NCBI RefSeq assembly: GCF_009834535.1
Contig: NC_045696.1
Coordinates: forward strand, 121,894,001-121,958,000
Length of the DNA: 64,000 nucleotides
Reading direction: 5' to 3'
From: Camelus ferus
Lineage: Eukaryota
Shown: positions 24,620 to 38,531 of the stretch, piece by piece
Position numbering within the stretch: position 1 is the first letter of the stretch
Layout: each line of letters begins with the position of its first letter
Notes under the pieces: model-generated
The model's input: the letters and a program-made list of their open reading frames with translations, nothing else
Told to the model about the DNA's origin: nothing
Database searches by the model: none
Translations under genes and position numbers: made by a program

Positions 24620-27600
24620 AAGAGATGGAAACAGCAAGACAGAATAAAACGGGTGATGCGGAGAAGGGAAAGCGCAGTAAACAGCTGGAGGGTGGTTATG
24701 ACAGGCTTGTCAGTAAAGTCAACTCAGCCAAGGAAGGAGTCAGTGAATCTGAATGTAGCTCTACAGAAATGATCTAAATTGTAACACAAAGAGAAAAAAG
24801 AATGAAAAGAGTAGGGCTGTTCATACAAGAGTTGTGGGACAATATCGAACAATCCGATGTCCATATAATTGAAGTCACAGAAAGTAAAGAGACAGAAAAG
24901 AAAAAGAAAGAAAGAAAGAAAAGGACAGAGAGAGGATTAGAGGAAATATCTGAAGAAAAATGGCTGAATATTTCCCAAGATTGATGACAGTCATCAAACC
25001 ACAGATCAAAGGACAGAGCACATGCATCAGAGCCTTCCTAAAGTTAAACAAACAAAACAAAACACCTCTACACATGACACAGTCAAGCTTCTGAGAAAAT
25101 AGACATAGAAAAAATCTCCAAGGCAACTAGAGAAGAAAATAGATACATCACATGCAGAGAAATAAAGATGAGTTACAGCAGAATCTCTTCAGAAACCATG
25201 CAAGCCAGATGGCAGGGAAGTGATATCTTTATAAGCCTCAAAGAAAAGAAATGTTAGTTCAGATTTCTGCACCAGTGAAAATATCTTTTAAAAATTAAGG
25301 ATTAAAAAAGACCATCTCAGACAAACAAGAACTACAGAAATTTATTGCTGGCGTTCCTACTCTACGAGAAATGATACATGATGTTCATCAATCAGAAAGA
25401 ATATGACATCAGTCTGCCAACTGGATCTTCACCAAAAAATGAGGAGTTCCAAAAATGCAAGAAATGAAGATAAGATAAACTTTTCCCCCCGTTGTTTTTA
25501 ATTGCTGTAAACTATAGCTGCTATCTGGAGGGAAAGCAGTAGCATTGTATCGTGTTGACAGTAAACATAAAAGTAGGATGTATGGTGATAACATCATGAA
25601 GGACGGGAGGGAGAAGTTGGAAAGGCATCACTGTAAGGCCCTTAAGCTGCACATGAAGTGGCCTAATGCTCTTTGAAGGTAAATTCTGGTTAATGTAAGA
25701 TTTATATTGTAAATCCTAAGGCAACCACTAAAATTTTTTTTAAAGAGGTAAAAGTAATAAATCAAGAACACATAAAACAGAATGATAAAAAGTAGTAAAT
25801 TCACCAAAAGGAGGCAGAAAAAGAGTAAAAGAGTAAAAACAAAGAAACAAAATCAGATGAAACAAATAGAAGGCATCTAGCAAAATTTTAATTTTAATAC
25901 AATCATGAACAATCACGTTAAACATGAATGGTCTAAACACACCAGTTAAAAGGTAGAGATGGTTAGATTGGATTTTTTAAAACAACATATTATGTCTACA
26001 AGAAATCCATGTTGAATATAGGTAGGTTTACAGTATAAGGGGAAAAAAAATACACCATTCAATCACCAGCCCAAAGAAAGTCAGAGCAGCTATCTTGATA
26101 TCAGCAGACTTTGGAAGAAGGAATATCTTCGCAGATGAAGTGGGACATTAAGTAATGGTGAAGGAATCCGTTCTCTAGGAGGACAGCACAGTCACAGGTG
26201 GGCATGTACCTAAACATCACGCTTCCAGATGCATGAAGCAAAACTGATAGGGCTGGTAGGACTAATAGACAGGCTCCCAACTTAAAGCTACCAGCTCTCT
26301 ACTGCCAGTAACTGTTAGAACAAGCAGACAGGAGAATCCTTCAGGGCACAGAAGCCAAGCACAAAGCTGTAAACTACCTATACTTCACTGATAGTTATAG
26401 AACACTCCAGCCAGCAATAATTCTCCAGAAGAAGAAGATATTCTTCTCAAACGCACATGGACATTCCTAAAGATAGGGCATATTCTGCCCATAAAATATA
26501 CCTTAACAAATTCAAAAGAATATAATGCTTATACAGTATGCTGTCAGGGCATAACAGAACAGGAAGTCAAAAATGGCTATCTGCGAAGTTCCAAACTATT
26601 TGAAAATTTTAAAGAACTTATTTCTGAATAAACCACAAGTCAAAGAGGAATCTCACAGAAATAAAACATTATTCTTACTTAACTGAAAATGAAAACAGCA
26701 TATCAAATTTTGTGGAAGAAGCTTAGCAGTGCTTTGTGGGAAATGCGCTTATATTTCTAAATGTTCATATTAGGAAAGAAGAAAGATTTCAGAAAGATGA
26801 CCTCAGATTTCATCTCACAAAACTAGGAGGGAAAAAAGAGACAATTAAACATGAAGTAGAAGAAAGGAAATGCTACAGATCAGGACAGAAACAATGAGTA
26901 GGAAATGGACAAACGACAGAGACAATGTTTGAAACAAAATAGCCAGTTTTTGTTTTTTAGAAATTCCAGCCAAACTGATCAAGAAAAAAGAGTGCTGACA
27001 GAATTGCCAATATCAAGAATAAAAGGATGAACATTACTACAGATCTTGCAGGATTTCAAAAGACAATAAAGGAATATTACAAAAAATTTCACTTTAGGTA
27101 ATATATTCTATAGCTTAGACAAAGTGTGCAAATTCCTTGAAAGACACAGATTATTCACACTGATACAAAAGAAATTTTAGAGATCCAAACAGCTCTATAT
27201 CTATAGAAGAAATCGAATTCATAACTAAAAATCTTCTTAGAAAGAGAACCCCTAGCCCAGATAGCTTCACTAGTAAATGTTACATTTACTGAAGAAATAA
27301 TTGCAAGTCTACACAAGCTTTTTCATAAAACAGAGGAGGGAACACTTCTCAATTCATTTCATGAGGCCTGTATGACCCTGGTATCAGACAAAGACATTAC
27401 AAGAAAAGAAAACTTACAGGTCAATATCCTTCTTGAATGCGTATGCAAAAATACTTAACAACAAGTTAGCAAATAAAACCCAGTAAGATATAAAAAGGAT
27501 TGTACATCATGGCCGTATAGGATTTATTCCAGTAATGTGAGGTTGGCCTAACATTTAAAAACCAATGGGATTCACTGTAGAAATACAATAATGGGGAAAA

Positions 27601-28550
27601 AGCATAGGATCTTTTCCCTAAATTCAGAAAATGAATGTGACAGAATTAAACACCCGTTCATTCTAAAAATTTCAGCAAACAGGGAACAGAAGGGAACTTC
27701 CTCATTCTGACAAGGGGCATTCGCCAAAAGTTTAGGGATAACATGATACTTCATGTTAAAAAACTGAATGCTTTGTCCCTAAGACAAGGGACCAGAAGGT
27801 GCTACTCCCATCATTTCTGTTCAGTGTTGTCCTGGAGATCTGAGACAAGAGCCTTAGTCAAGAGAAAGAAAGGGTGTACAGATTGGAAAGGAAGAAATAA
27901 AAGTGCCTATTCAGACATGAGATAGATCTTATATAGAAAATCTTGGGAATCTACATATAAGCTATCAGGGGTAGTAAGTGAGTTTAGCAAGGCTGCAGGA
28001 TGTAAGGACAATACAAAATTTGATTGCATTTCTATATTCTAGCACTGAAGTATTGCAAATTAAATTTGAGAACAATACAGATACAATAGCATAAAATCAT
28101 GAACCACCTAGGGATAAAGTTAATAAAGTACACACAAGATTTGTATGCTAAAGCTATAAAACATCATGGCGAGGTAGTAAAGGAGTTCCAAATAAAAAGA
28201 TAATTATATCACGTGTTTGGATCAGAAGACTGAATATTGTTAAGATATCAGTTCTCTCTAAGTGGACCTGTAGGTGGAACACAATCCCAGGCTAAATTCC
28301 AGCTGGTTTTGTGGGTAATAACAGCAAGTTGCTTGTAGAATTTATATTAAAATGCAAAGGATCAAGGATAGTCAACACAATGTCAAAAGGGTTGGAAAAC
28401 ATACTCTGCCTGATTTCAATAATTTGTTATAAAGCTCAGTAATCAAAACAGTGCAGTGTTGGCTAAAGGATAGACATTCAGAACAATAGAATAAAATAGA
28501 GAATCAAGAAATAGATTCATGTGTGTACGGTTAGTTGATTTCCAGCAAAG
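24620..28550 (+). mobile_element. Old L1 (L1M-type): ORF1 through most of ORF2, degenerate
   Basis: ORF1-like IQELWDNIEQSDVHIIEV; EN and RT motifs (cccagatagcttcactagtaaat, tattcagacatga); many stops. Confidence 0.9.
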
Positions 28551-29277
28551 TTGCCTAATCTTCTAAGCCTCCCTCTCCCACCAAGTCCCAGCTCAGATGA
28601 GAGGGAGCAAAACCCACGCGGTTGGGTGAGGCCACCTGGCTTAAAAGCCCCATGTCCCAAATATAATTCAAGAGGATTGGCACAACTCCCATCAAGAAGT
28701 ACATGGAGCGATGTGTCAGGCCTTGAGAGGAGCTGGAATCAGTGGCAAAGACAGTGCACGTGTGCACAGACACACACTCTGAGGATTCGTCTCCCTCATC
28801 AAAACAGAGCCCTACCAAGTGGGGTCATCTGTGCACTCACTGAACACTAGCCTGCTTCAGGACTATAAGATGGGTCCACGTCAGCACACCTATTACTATA
28901 AGTCTCCACTTCAACAGGCCAAAAGGCAAAAGCCATGTGACTATGTGAATCAAACTCCAGATGTTTAATAACATTCCATAGCTGATGATAAAGCCTCTCG
29001 TGATATGGGGCAGAACAGGCTTCCTTGTTACACGCTACCTCTCAGACACCCCAAATTCATTGTAAAATCTTGCACATCCCTTTAAAAATCATTTTCAAAT
29101 GGTAATCATTTGATAAGAAGAAACCCTTGATTATTCTTGATATTTACACACTGGAAAGAAATTAAGAATAAACATGGGAATTGAGTATTTGCAGATGACA
29201 GCACTGTTCATTTAGTAATTCCAAGAGAAATCAGTCTCAACAGAGACAGATGTTAGAATAAATAAAAATTGAGAATG

Positions 29278-29432
29278 GGAGGAGGGAGGGTATAGCTCAA
29301 GCAGTAGAGCATATGCTTAGCATCCACAAGGTCCTGGGTTCAACCCCCAGTACCACCTCTAAAAAATAAATAAATAAGTAAACCTAATTATGTCTCCCAC
29401 AAAATATAAAAAATAATTTAAAAAACTTTTTT
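29278..29432 (+). mobile_element. tRNA-Ala-derived camelid SINE (vic-1-like) with TSD
   Basis: gggagggtatagctcaagcagtagagcatatgcttagc...gggttcaacccccagtaccacc, A-rich tail; TSD aaaattgagaatg on both sides. Confidence 0.9.
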
Positions 29433-29949
29433 AAAATTGAGAATGCGGATTTGAGATGAGGTCAACTTAAAAACACACCAATAGTTTTCTTATAAGTCAA
29501 CAATAATTGATTTTAATATGATGGATAAAATGCCTTCCCAATGGTGACAAAATCATAAACTGCCTAGCGGTGAGTGAATTTACTAAGACATGCCTACAAC
29601 TGGATCCAAATGATACAGATCTATCGAGGGACTGAAAGGGGGTCCCAGTGAATGTGAGGCCCCTCCCTGTCCTTGGAATAGTAAGGCCTGATGGTCAGGA
29701 GCAGACTCCGACTTAGAAAGAGGGTTGAGTGCCCAGCAGCCACACGAGCTGCTCAGCTCACATCCTGTCATCGTCCTCCGTCCTTCCCTGCTCCCCTCCC
29801 AACCCTGGATCACAGTTCCCATAAAGTACCTGGACTCGGCCCTCATCTCAGGTTCTGTTTTTCCACAGGAATCAGCTAGGACATCCAACAAATTCAGGGC
29901 TAAGGGATTCACACCGAGGGCCAGTAGAGTGGAGAGGGGGCAGCTCGCC

Positions 29950-30285
29950 ACTAAACGCAGTCAGTATCAAAATATTGTGCTGAGTGAAAGAAGCCAGACA
30001 GAAGTTACACACTATGACTCCATGAATGCAAAATCCCAGGAGGTGCAGAGTAACCTGTGCAACAGAGAGTTGACAAGTCGTTGTCTGGGCTGGGGGGGGT
30101 GGGGTTCCAGGAAGGACGATGACAAAGGGGCCCAGGACCCTTCTGCGAATCACACGGTGGTTTATTTGTTCACCATGTTGATGGTGGTGATGGATTCCCA
30201 GGTGCACACACATGTCACCCGCATCGAACTGTACACTTTATCCGCAGCTTACTGTATGTCAATTACATGTCAGTAAAGCTGTTGA
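29950..30285 (+). mobile_element. Old L1 (L1MC/ME-like) 3' UTR
   Basis: tgctgagtgaaagaagccagaca...tgtatgtcaattacatgtcagtaaagctgtt. Confidence 0.7.
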
Positions 30286-30339
30286 ATACTTCACTAGAGA
30301 CAGTTCAGGTATCTGCTGTCCTAGTCTGCACGCCGGCTG

Positions 30340-30750
30340 GGAGTGCATGGCACTAGCAGTTAGCTGGGAGCTAATCACACACGCCCTGTATCACTGGGGG
30401 TGGGGGTGAGGTAGGAAGGCGACCACCACAGCATGGAGAGCTGGGCTGGGGGTGACACCTGGGACATTTGGTCCTGGCACACAGCTTCTGAAAGCCGTGG
30501 AATTCCCTGCATGGTGGGGTGAGAGGAGCACCTTTTGTTCTTCACGACCAGCCCTTTCATCCACACCTGGGCTTATGCTAATGACTCAGGGAGGGAGGAC
30601 AGGGCTGGTCACCAGAGGGAACAACCACCGGATTAGAGGTCAGACCTTCCTTTCAGCCCCAGCCCTCACCTCAGGGAGGGGAGAGGGGCTGGAGGTTGTT
30701 TACGAATCAGCAGTGGCCAGTAATTTAATTAATTGTGCCTGCACCCCGGT
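30340..30750. mobile_element. ERV LTR (MER21-like)
   Basis: ttatgctaatga, ggctggtcaccaga, ggattagagg, gggaggggagaggggctggaggttg motifs. Confidence 0.6.
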
Positions 30751-31461
30751 GGGGTTCCTTCCTGGGCTCCAGGCACCACAGGCTGGGGCAGCACCCTCGT
30801 TCCGGGGCGTTGTGGCTGGAGGAGCTGAGGGTATGCAGGTGGGTCCAGCAGCCCCTGAGCTGAGCACACTGGTGGCGTCTCCAGGTCACACCTGCAGGCC
30901 TCTTGCAGCCAGTGCAGTGGGAGCCGCCAGCCGGTACCATCAGATGCCCCTCCATGGGGTGGCTGTCTTCGTGTGGCTGCTCCTGTGAACATCTCTGTGG
31001 TTTCCCCATAGGAATGTCTCACTGGGTCCAGGGTCCTGGAGGTGGCCTCTGTGTCCAGTGACAACTGTCAAGTGGCCAGGACAGGACCTGGTGTCACACA
31101 AGAGAGCCAAGTGCTGGTCACTGACATGGGCACCATCAGAGGGCTGGGGGCGCTCCCACTCCAGGGCCCTCCCTGCGGCCCCTGGAGAAGCCAGAACCCT
31201 GGCCGCTGCCTTTCTCCGAGACACCAACGACAGGGCCATGACTGAGGGGAGGGGAGGTGGCCTCTCAGGCTGCCCCAGGAGAGCCCAGGGTCCTGCCCCT
31301 CTGCTCCTTCCCTTGCTTTCTCTGGAGCAAATGCCCATGGTCCCTCCCACAACACGACCACTGAAGACCCAGGCCTGTCTCAGGCTCACCTGACCCCTGC
31401 CCTGGCCATGAAGAGCAGGCAGCTCAGGTGAGGCACGTCCATCCAGGTGTGTCATCTGTGA

Positions 31462-31878
31462 CTTCTGTGACATAATACTGCAGGCTGGGCAGCTTAAACC
31501 ACAGAAATGTAGTGTCTCTCAGTGCTGGAGGCCAGACGTCCAAGGCCAGGGCGTCGGCAGGGATGGCTCCTTCTGAGGCCATGGGGGGGAGTCCGTCCAG
31601 GTCTCCCTCTGGGCTCCTGATGGCTGCCGGTGATCCTTGGTGCCCGCTGGCTTGTAGGGGCATCACTCCCATCTCTGCCTCTGTCTTACGCGGTGTATCA
31701 TCCCTGCGTGTCTCTTTCTCTCTTCTTATAAGGGCCCCAGTCATGGATTTAGGTGCCCCTCCACCAGTGTGATGACCTCACCTTAACTACTGATACCTGC
31801 AAAGACCCTGTTTCCAAGTAAGGTCGCATCCTCAGCTTCTGGAAGGACATGGATTTTCTGGGGACATCATTCAACTCA
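31462..31878 (-). mobile_element. MaLR LTR (MLT1-like)
   Basis: ggcagcttaaaccacagaaatgta, gctggaggccagacgtccaag, cttcttataaggg, ctgcaaagaccctgtttcca. Confidence 0.85.
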
Positions 31879-32289
31879 GCACACCGAGCACTGGACTGGC
31901 ACAGTGGCAGTGGGGCAAATAAGAATACTTTTCCCTGGGAGGTCACTTCAAAAATATGAGAAATGAAATCTTTGATTTGTGTCCACATGTGAAAAAATTA
32001 AAAGCACACTGCAGCAAAGAAGTGGACTTGGAACAAGTGGATTTTTTTCTTGCGCTTGTGGGAATGCCTTTTTAACATCCTACTCCTCGCATGTAGCCCT
32101 GTGCCCCCGAGACAGTGAACAGAGACCAGTGCAAGCCAGTGCCAGCATCTGCATCTCTTGGCCAGAGGATTCCTCTGGACTTGCTGAGGAATTAATACAC
32201 CCTCACACCCACCCCACAAGCAGCTTTTCAAGCTTTTGAATCCATTTATTTATTCAAGCTGTTAAATAAATACATCAGATCCTTTCCCC

Positions 32290-33730
32290 CTGGAAATTCG
32301 TCAAAGAAGACATTCATAAATGGAGAGAAGTACCATGTTCAGAAATAGGAAGACCAAATCCTCATAAAGATGTCCAGACTCAATGCAATTCAAAACAAAG
32401 TTTTTTTGAACTTCACAAAGTGAATCAAGATTTGTATGATGGAACAATGTCCAAGAATTGTTAAGACATTCTAGAAGAGCAAGGTGGGGAATCTGCTTTG
32501 CTAGGTATCAAGACGTATTAAAAGACACAATAACTAAGACAACGTAGTATCAGCAGAGGTTTAGACAAAGAGATTAGCCAACCAGAGTAGAAAGCTTCAA
32601 AGTGCACCCTCACAGATAAGGAAGCAAAGACATTTGCACAAGTACAGCTCAGCGAGAGAGGATAGGCCTTACAAATGGTGCAGGAATGTTACTTAAGAAG
32701 GAATTGAATCCTCTCAGATCATGATACAAAAATAATAATAAGTTAGAAATACATTAAAGGAATGTAAAATATAAAAGGAAAAATATTTTAAACTGACTAT
32801 ATAGAAGAATATTTTATGATCACAAGAGGAGGAAGGATTTCTTTAACCAAATGCAAAACATTCATCCATAAATGACAAGACTGAAACATGCAACTACACT
32901 CAAGTAAAGAAGTGTTCATAAAAAGACACAAAAACGAAGGTGAAAGGACAAGCTTAAAACAGAAAAGACATTTGCCACAAAGGATTCGTATCCTCAATAC
33001 ATAAAGAATATCTACAAATTGAAAAAAGAAAAAAATCAAATGACACAAAAGAAAGATGGGCTTAACAAATGGCACAGGAAAGATGTAGGAACAGCTCATA
33101 AAGAAATGAAAAACTGCTCTTCCCTGTTAGTAAACAATGCTAGTTAAAACCTACAATGAGATTCCACTGTGTACCCACCACCTGTTGGTAAGAATGGGGG
33201 GCTGTCTTCTGCGTTGCTGATGGGTACCTGGGGTGGTACTGCTTTGGAGAGCTATTTGACATTTCCCAGTCGAATTAAAGATACACAGGCCACATCATTG
33301 GTACAGTGCCATTCTTAGATAAAAGCACCCTGGAGCAGCGGTTTTCAAACTGCCTACCCCATTAGTGAGAGATGAAATTGATTTTATGGGATGCAAGCAA
33401 TGATGGTGATGATGATGGTGATGATGGTGGTGATGATGGTGGTGATGATTGTGATGATGATGATAGTCAGAACAACAACAGTAATAGAAAAAAGAGTAGA
33501 AAATAGCAGCAAGCATCACACGCCCTGAGGGCCGGTATTGCTTCATAAGCATTGGTTTCAGCTGTGTGTGCGCCTTGGGTCACCATGAAAACACTGTGGT
33601 CAGAAAGTTTGGGAAACCCTCTGGAGGGACACTGGCACCTGCTGCATGTGTAAATCAGGTGGCACACACAAGAAGGCTTACAGGAGAGAAAACTGGAACC
33701 CACCCAGCGTCCCTTAGGCAGGGATACTAT
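32290..33730 (+). mobile_element. Ancient L1 (L1ME-like) ORF2 3' fragments
   Basis: taaatggagagaagtaccatgttca, tcaagacgtattaaaag, acaatgagattccact. Confidence 0.7.
33400..33464. repeat. (TGA/TGG)n trinucleotide microsatellite
   Basis: tgatggtgatgatgatggtgatgatggtggtgatg... Confidence 0.95.
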
Positions 33731-36333
33731 ACAGATGTGCGCGTGAACTCAGACGACGGCCGCTCATGCTCAGGCCCATCCCCCACCCTCCCCTCCACTC
33801 TGTGCTCTGAAACCGCATTTCCCAGCTCTCTTGTCCACTGGCGGTCCTTGAATTTGGGCCAATGGGAGGTGCTGGCTGAGGCTGGAGGATGGGAGGAGGG
33901 AGAAGCCAGGGCTTCTCCCATGTTTTGCTCAGGGGGCCCGTCAGTCAGCGGTCACAGCCACCACCTCCCCACCCCTCCGTGGTCCCAAGCCCCACCCAGC
34001 GTGGCTCCCTCCTCCCTTGCTGATCTCCCACGGCCCCACTCCACCCACCTGATGTTTCAGCCCCTCCAGCTCCCTGTTAAACTCCCTCAATAGCTGTGTG
34101 AGGACAGCTAGTAGGAGACATGCAGGACAAGCCTTTATAAAGCTCAAAAAGTGAAATCAGACGACTTCCATGCACATGGGGTGAGACTACAGACAATGTT
34201 GGGGAGAGGCTCGAGGTGGGTGAGACTGTCTCTCTTCTCAAGGTGGGCAGGCAGCAGACATCTTTGGGGCCCCTATCAAATTCTGGGTGCTGTCAATTCA
34301 GGGCACCTCACCCAGCTGAGGGCTTTCTCAAATGCTCCCAGCATCAGAGCGCTGGCTCCCTCCCCATTGTGGGGCTGGGGTCCCTGAGTCCTGTGGTCCA
34401 CAGGCAGTCCCACAGCCCAGGGTGGCCACTGGCCTGGTCATCAGCCCTGTGATGGCAGATTGCCTCCCATCTCATGTGTCTCCAGGGGTTGCCTTTGAAT
34501 TCCACGTCGGCATCATAAACACACTTCTGGGTATATGATGTCTCATGCAGTGAGAGAAGTAAATTTGAAAAACGTAAGACCAGAGTTATAAACGGGGATA
34601 AATTTCATAATCAAACGTGAACTTCCTAGGGATGGTCTTAGTCGAAGAGGGACGTCCAGATGAGTTTCCCCTCCTGTGGCCTTCGGAGCCGTGATGGGGT
34701 CACGTGAGCCTCTTGATCCTGGAATCGTGGAGGGAGAATGGGGGCAGGTGGGAGGAGGGGCTGGCCAGGCCGCAGGGCAAGAAACCAGGGGCTGTGAGAG
34801 CCAGGACTGAGCCCAGGAGGGCAGTTGGCCCAGGTGCCCCCTGAGGCCCTGCCTTCTTCCCCCTCCCAGGCCCATTGTCCCCCTTCCTCTGAGCTCACGC
34901 CTGCTGCCCCATCTGCTTCCCCTTTTCCTGTTTTCCATCAGGCCCTCCTCTCCTCTCCTCACCTCTCTGCCTCCCTTGGGGGTGTCTGGGATGAAGGAGG
35001 AGGAAAGGGTTGTGCAGGGCCAGGCAGGTGGAAGGGGCACCGATGGCTAATGGGCCCCTCTTCCCGAGGATGCCGGGTGCGGCCCTTCCTTCTGGCCAAC
35101 TTTGCTTTGGACTCCCTGGGGCTCTGCCTGCATCACGAAGGAGGTTCTGGGGAAGGCCTGTGCTGCCCCACTGGCAGGGCCCTTGTCAGCACTGCTGACA
35201 AGTCAGTGCAGAGACCTCTTAGAGACACCTTCAGATCGTCTTGATTTTATTAATGGCAAAAGGAAAAGAAAACCAGCCTGGGAAGTCAGCCAGCCCTGAG
35301 TCACAGGCTGTTAGCTACAGAAACGCAGTGACAGGGAGCTGCCCGGGGCCCCATGTTTGGAAAGTGTGAGCTGGTCTGAGTCTTCCTTCCTCACTCTGGT
35401 GGCAGAGGTGGCCCCTGAGGACACCTGGTGCGGGAAGCACCAGGGAAAGTGAAGGTCCCCAGAGTGCCCAGTGGGGACAGGCTGGGGAAGACACCCTCTG
35501 ACTACCCGGGTGGCCCTGGAGGTGGAGGGTAAGCTCCCCTGGGCACGGGAGGGTGCCCCGGGGTCCCCAAATACATGGTGGACCCCTTCCGCACAGGGTC
35601 CACTGGCCTCCACCCTCCCACTACCCCAGCCCCTCCAGGGGCACCAACTACCAGTCCCCACCACCAGCTCAGTGGACATCTGTGGCCACCCTCCCCCCCT
35701 GCAAGGGGCCCCATGGGCACAGGGGACATGGCTGTGGTGCTGGCCTGAGCTCTGTGGAGGGTGGAGGGACCACGCCTGGCAGTGGAATTGGCATGCGTGT
35801 GCACACATGTGCACTTGCGCGGCTGTGTGTTTTCTGGTTTTCTCACATTATCTCTAAGTTCTAAGCACACTTTTCTCACATTATCTCTAAGTCCTTCTTC
35901 CCATACCCAGAAGCCCAGCAGCCTTTTCTGGGGGTGGGTAACCTGGTTTCTCTTTCCTTCCTTCCTTCCTTCCTTGAGAGCACCTTGTCAATATACACTG
36001 ACTCATACAAATGTGTAGATTCCCTGACCCCGTAATGTCATCCCTGGGGTGAATCATGCAGGAGTCATTCAGGTGACTCCTGAGACACATACAAAATAGG
36101 TTCAGAGAGAGATTAGAATGAAATTTAGGACTGGCCCCAGGGATGGTGCCCTCAGACTGGGAATTGGCTGGGGGTCCCTCCCTGTGGTTTGGTTGAAGTT
36201 TTTCCAGCTCAGGTGACATGTTTATTAATGAAGATCGTTTTGTTTCCTCCTCCAGGTCTTAAGGGAGGAACAAGAGGGGCTGGGGCTGCTGGAGCCTCTT
36301 CCTTCTGTCCGAGTTGGGGGGCTGTGCTCACGG

Positions 36334-36368
36334 GGGCAGGGAGCAGGGAGCAGGGAGCAGGGAGCAGG
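36334..36368. repeat. (GCAGGGA)n heptamer tandem repeat, about 4-5 copies
   Basis: gcagggagcagggagcagggagcagggagcagg. Confidence 0.9.
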
Positions 36369-37123
36369 TGGGGGTGCCCTTTTACAAAAGGCTTTTGGTG
36401 GGTAAAAGCCTTTGTGTGTTTCCTGGAATGTGGCTTTTCTTTTGTAACAAAGAAAATGTTTTAATGTTTCTTTTCCTTTAACAAATAAACATTGGCGCCA
36501 GATGTCAGAGAGAATACAATAATAAACCCAAGTGTTTGTGATTAATGGAAGGAGGAAAATGACTCCTCCCCCACCCCACCCCCACAATCGGCCCAGAGGC
36601 AGGACTTTCCAGGGAAGTCACACATCCAGGGCCTCCCGTGTCTCCACCATGAGCCCTTCAGAACCTGGGTGAGTTTCCATACTTCTGAGTGGGAGCTCTC
36701 TCTCTGGCCTGGGGAGCCCCGTCCTGAAGCCCCTGATCTGCTGTTCCCCACCCGGAGCCCCCTAAGCTCCAAGGAGGGGCCCCGCCCTCACGGTGGCCCC
36801 ATGTGTGTTCTCTGGGCCTCATCTTGGGATGGAGGCCGGGGTCCTGTCCTGAGGAAGTGCTGCTCTCCTGGCTTCCTCACATCTCCCCAGATTTCCCACC
36901 CAGTTCCGCCCCCTTTCCCAGGGAAGGCTGATTGGACTTGGTGGCCAAGGAGCTGGGTACCTCCTGAGGGGGCAGGAGCCTGGAGCCATCAGGGATGGTG
37001 GACAGGGTGACCAGGCTGACAGATGACCTGTCCCGCAGAAGGCCAGCCTGGGCTCTGGAGCAATGACCGTGTCCAGGGCTGGTTGAAACTAAAAAATGAT
37101 CACAGATACAATACTATTAAATA

Positions 37124-37404
37124 TTTTATTTTTTTTTATTGAGTTACAGTCAGTTTACAATGTTGTGTCAAATTCCAGTGTAGAGCACAATTTTTCAGTT
37201 ATACATGAACATACATATATTCATCGTCACATTTTTTCCTCTGTGAGCTACCACCAGATCTTGTATATATTTCCCTGTGCTATATACAGTATAATCTTGT
37301 TTGTCTGTTTTACATTTTGAAATCCCAGTCTGTCCCTTCCCATCCCCCACCCCCTTGGCAACCACAAGTTTGTATTCTATGACTATGAGTCTGTTTCTGT
37401 TTTG
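37124..37404 (-). mobile_element. Young camelid-type L1 3' end, 5'-truncated, with TSD
   Basis: T-rich tail then ttacaatgttgtgtcaaattccagtgtagagcacaat; TSD acaa(t/c)actattaaata at 37108-37123 and 37405-37420. Confidence 0.9.
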
Positions 37405-37964
37405 ACAACACTATTAAATAAACAACAGACTCTACTAGGATTTCACCAGCTTTTCACTAACGTCCTCCTTCTGTTCTGGGATTTTATACCACACTTGTTA
37501 TCAGACCTCCTTTGCCTCCTGCAACCTGGGACAGTTTCTCAGCCTTTCCTGCTTTCCACGGCCTTGGCGCTCTTGGAAAGTACGGTTAGGTGTCTCATAG
37601 CCTGACTCTCACTGAGGGTTTGTCTGATGTTTGCCCACAATCACAGTGGGGTTACAGGTTTTGGAAAGACCGCCACTCAGCACATGACACCAGAGGACCA
37701 GGGTAGCAGGGCGCCTTATTACTGGAGACATCAAACTCAGACCTTGGGTGGGGGTGTCTGCCAGAGTCTGCAACACACAGTCTCTCGTTCTCCCTTTCGT
37801 GCTCTCTCGGAAGCGAGCCATCAAGTCCAGATCACGCTAGGGGGAAGGTACCTGAGCTCTGTCTCCTGGAGAGACCCACCCCGAACCTCCATGGTGCTTC
37901 ATGTTTTGAATTATGCAAATATCCTGCTTTCCTTTAAAGGTTTGACGACTGATTTTAGCTTCTT

Positions 37965-38531
37965 TTTTTAAATTTTATTTTATTGAGTTATAGTCAGTTT
38001 ACAATATTGCATCAATTTCCAGTGTAGAGCACAATTTTTCAGTTATACAGGAACATACATATATTCATTGTCGCATTTTTTCACTGTGAGCTACCACAAG
38101 ATCTTGTATACATTTCCCTGTGCCATACGGTATAATCTTGTTTATCTATTCTACCTATGCCTGTCAGTATCTACCCTTCCCATCCCCCTCACCCCTGGCA
38201 GCCACAAGTTTGTATTCTATGTCTATGAGTCTGTTTCTGTTTTGTATTTATGTTCATTTGTCTTTTTCTTTTGTTTTCTTTTAGATTCCGCATATGAGCG
38301 ATCTCATATGGTATTTTTCTTTCTCTTTCTGGCTTACTTCACTTAGAATGACATTCTCTAGGCACAACCATATTGTTGCAAATGGTGTTATGTTCTCTTT
38401 TTTTATGGCTTAATAGTATTCCATTGTAGAAATATACCACAACTTTTTTATCCAGTCATCTGTCAGTGGACATTTAGGCTGTTTCCATGTCTTGGCTATT
38501 GTAAATAGTGCTTCTCTGAACACCGGGGTAC
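37965..38531 (-). mobile_element. Young camelid-type L1 3' end inserted in an older L1MC-like fragment (~37420-38940)
   Basis: Same 3' UTR as the 37124 copy, extending into the ORF2 end; flanked by agctt(c/t)ttttt. Confidence 0.88.

Noticed and set aside
29281..29360. tRNA-Ala gene (also ~45265 and ~9230)
   Set aside because: SINE tail and mismatched stems (plus TSDs at two copies) show these are tRNA-derived SINEs.
33295..33552. Poly-histidine ORF
   Set aside because: It is the translation of the (TGA/TGG)n microsatellite inside L1 debris.
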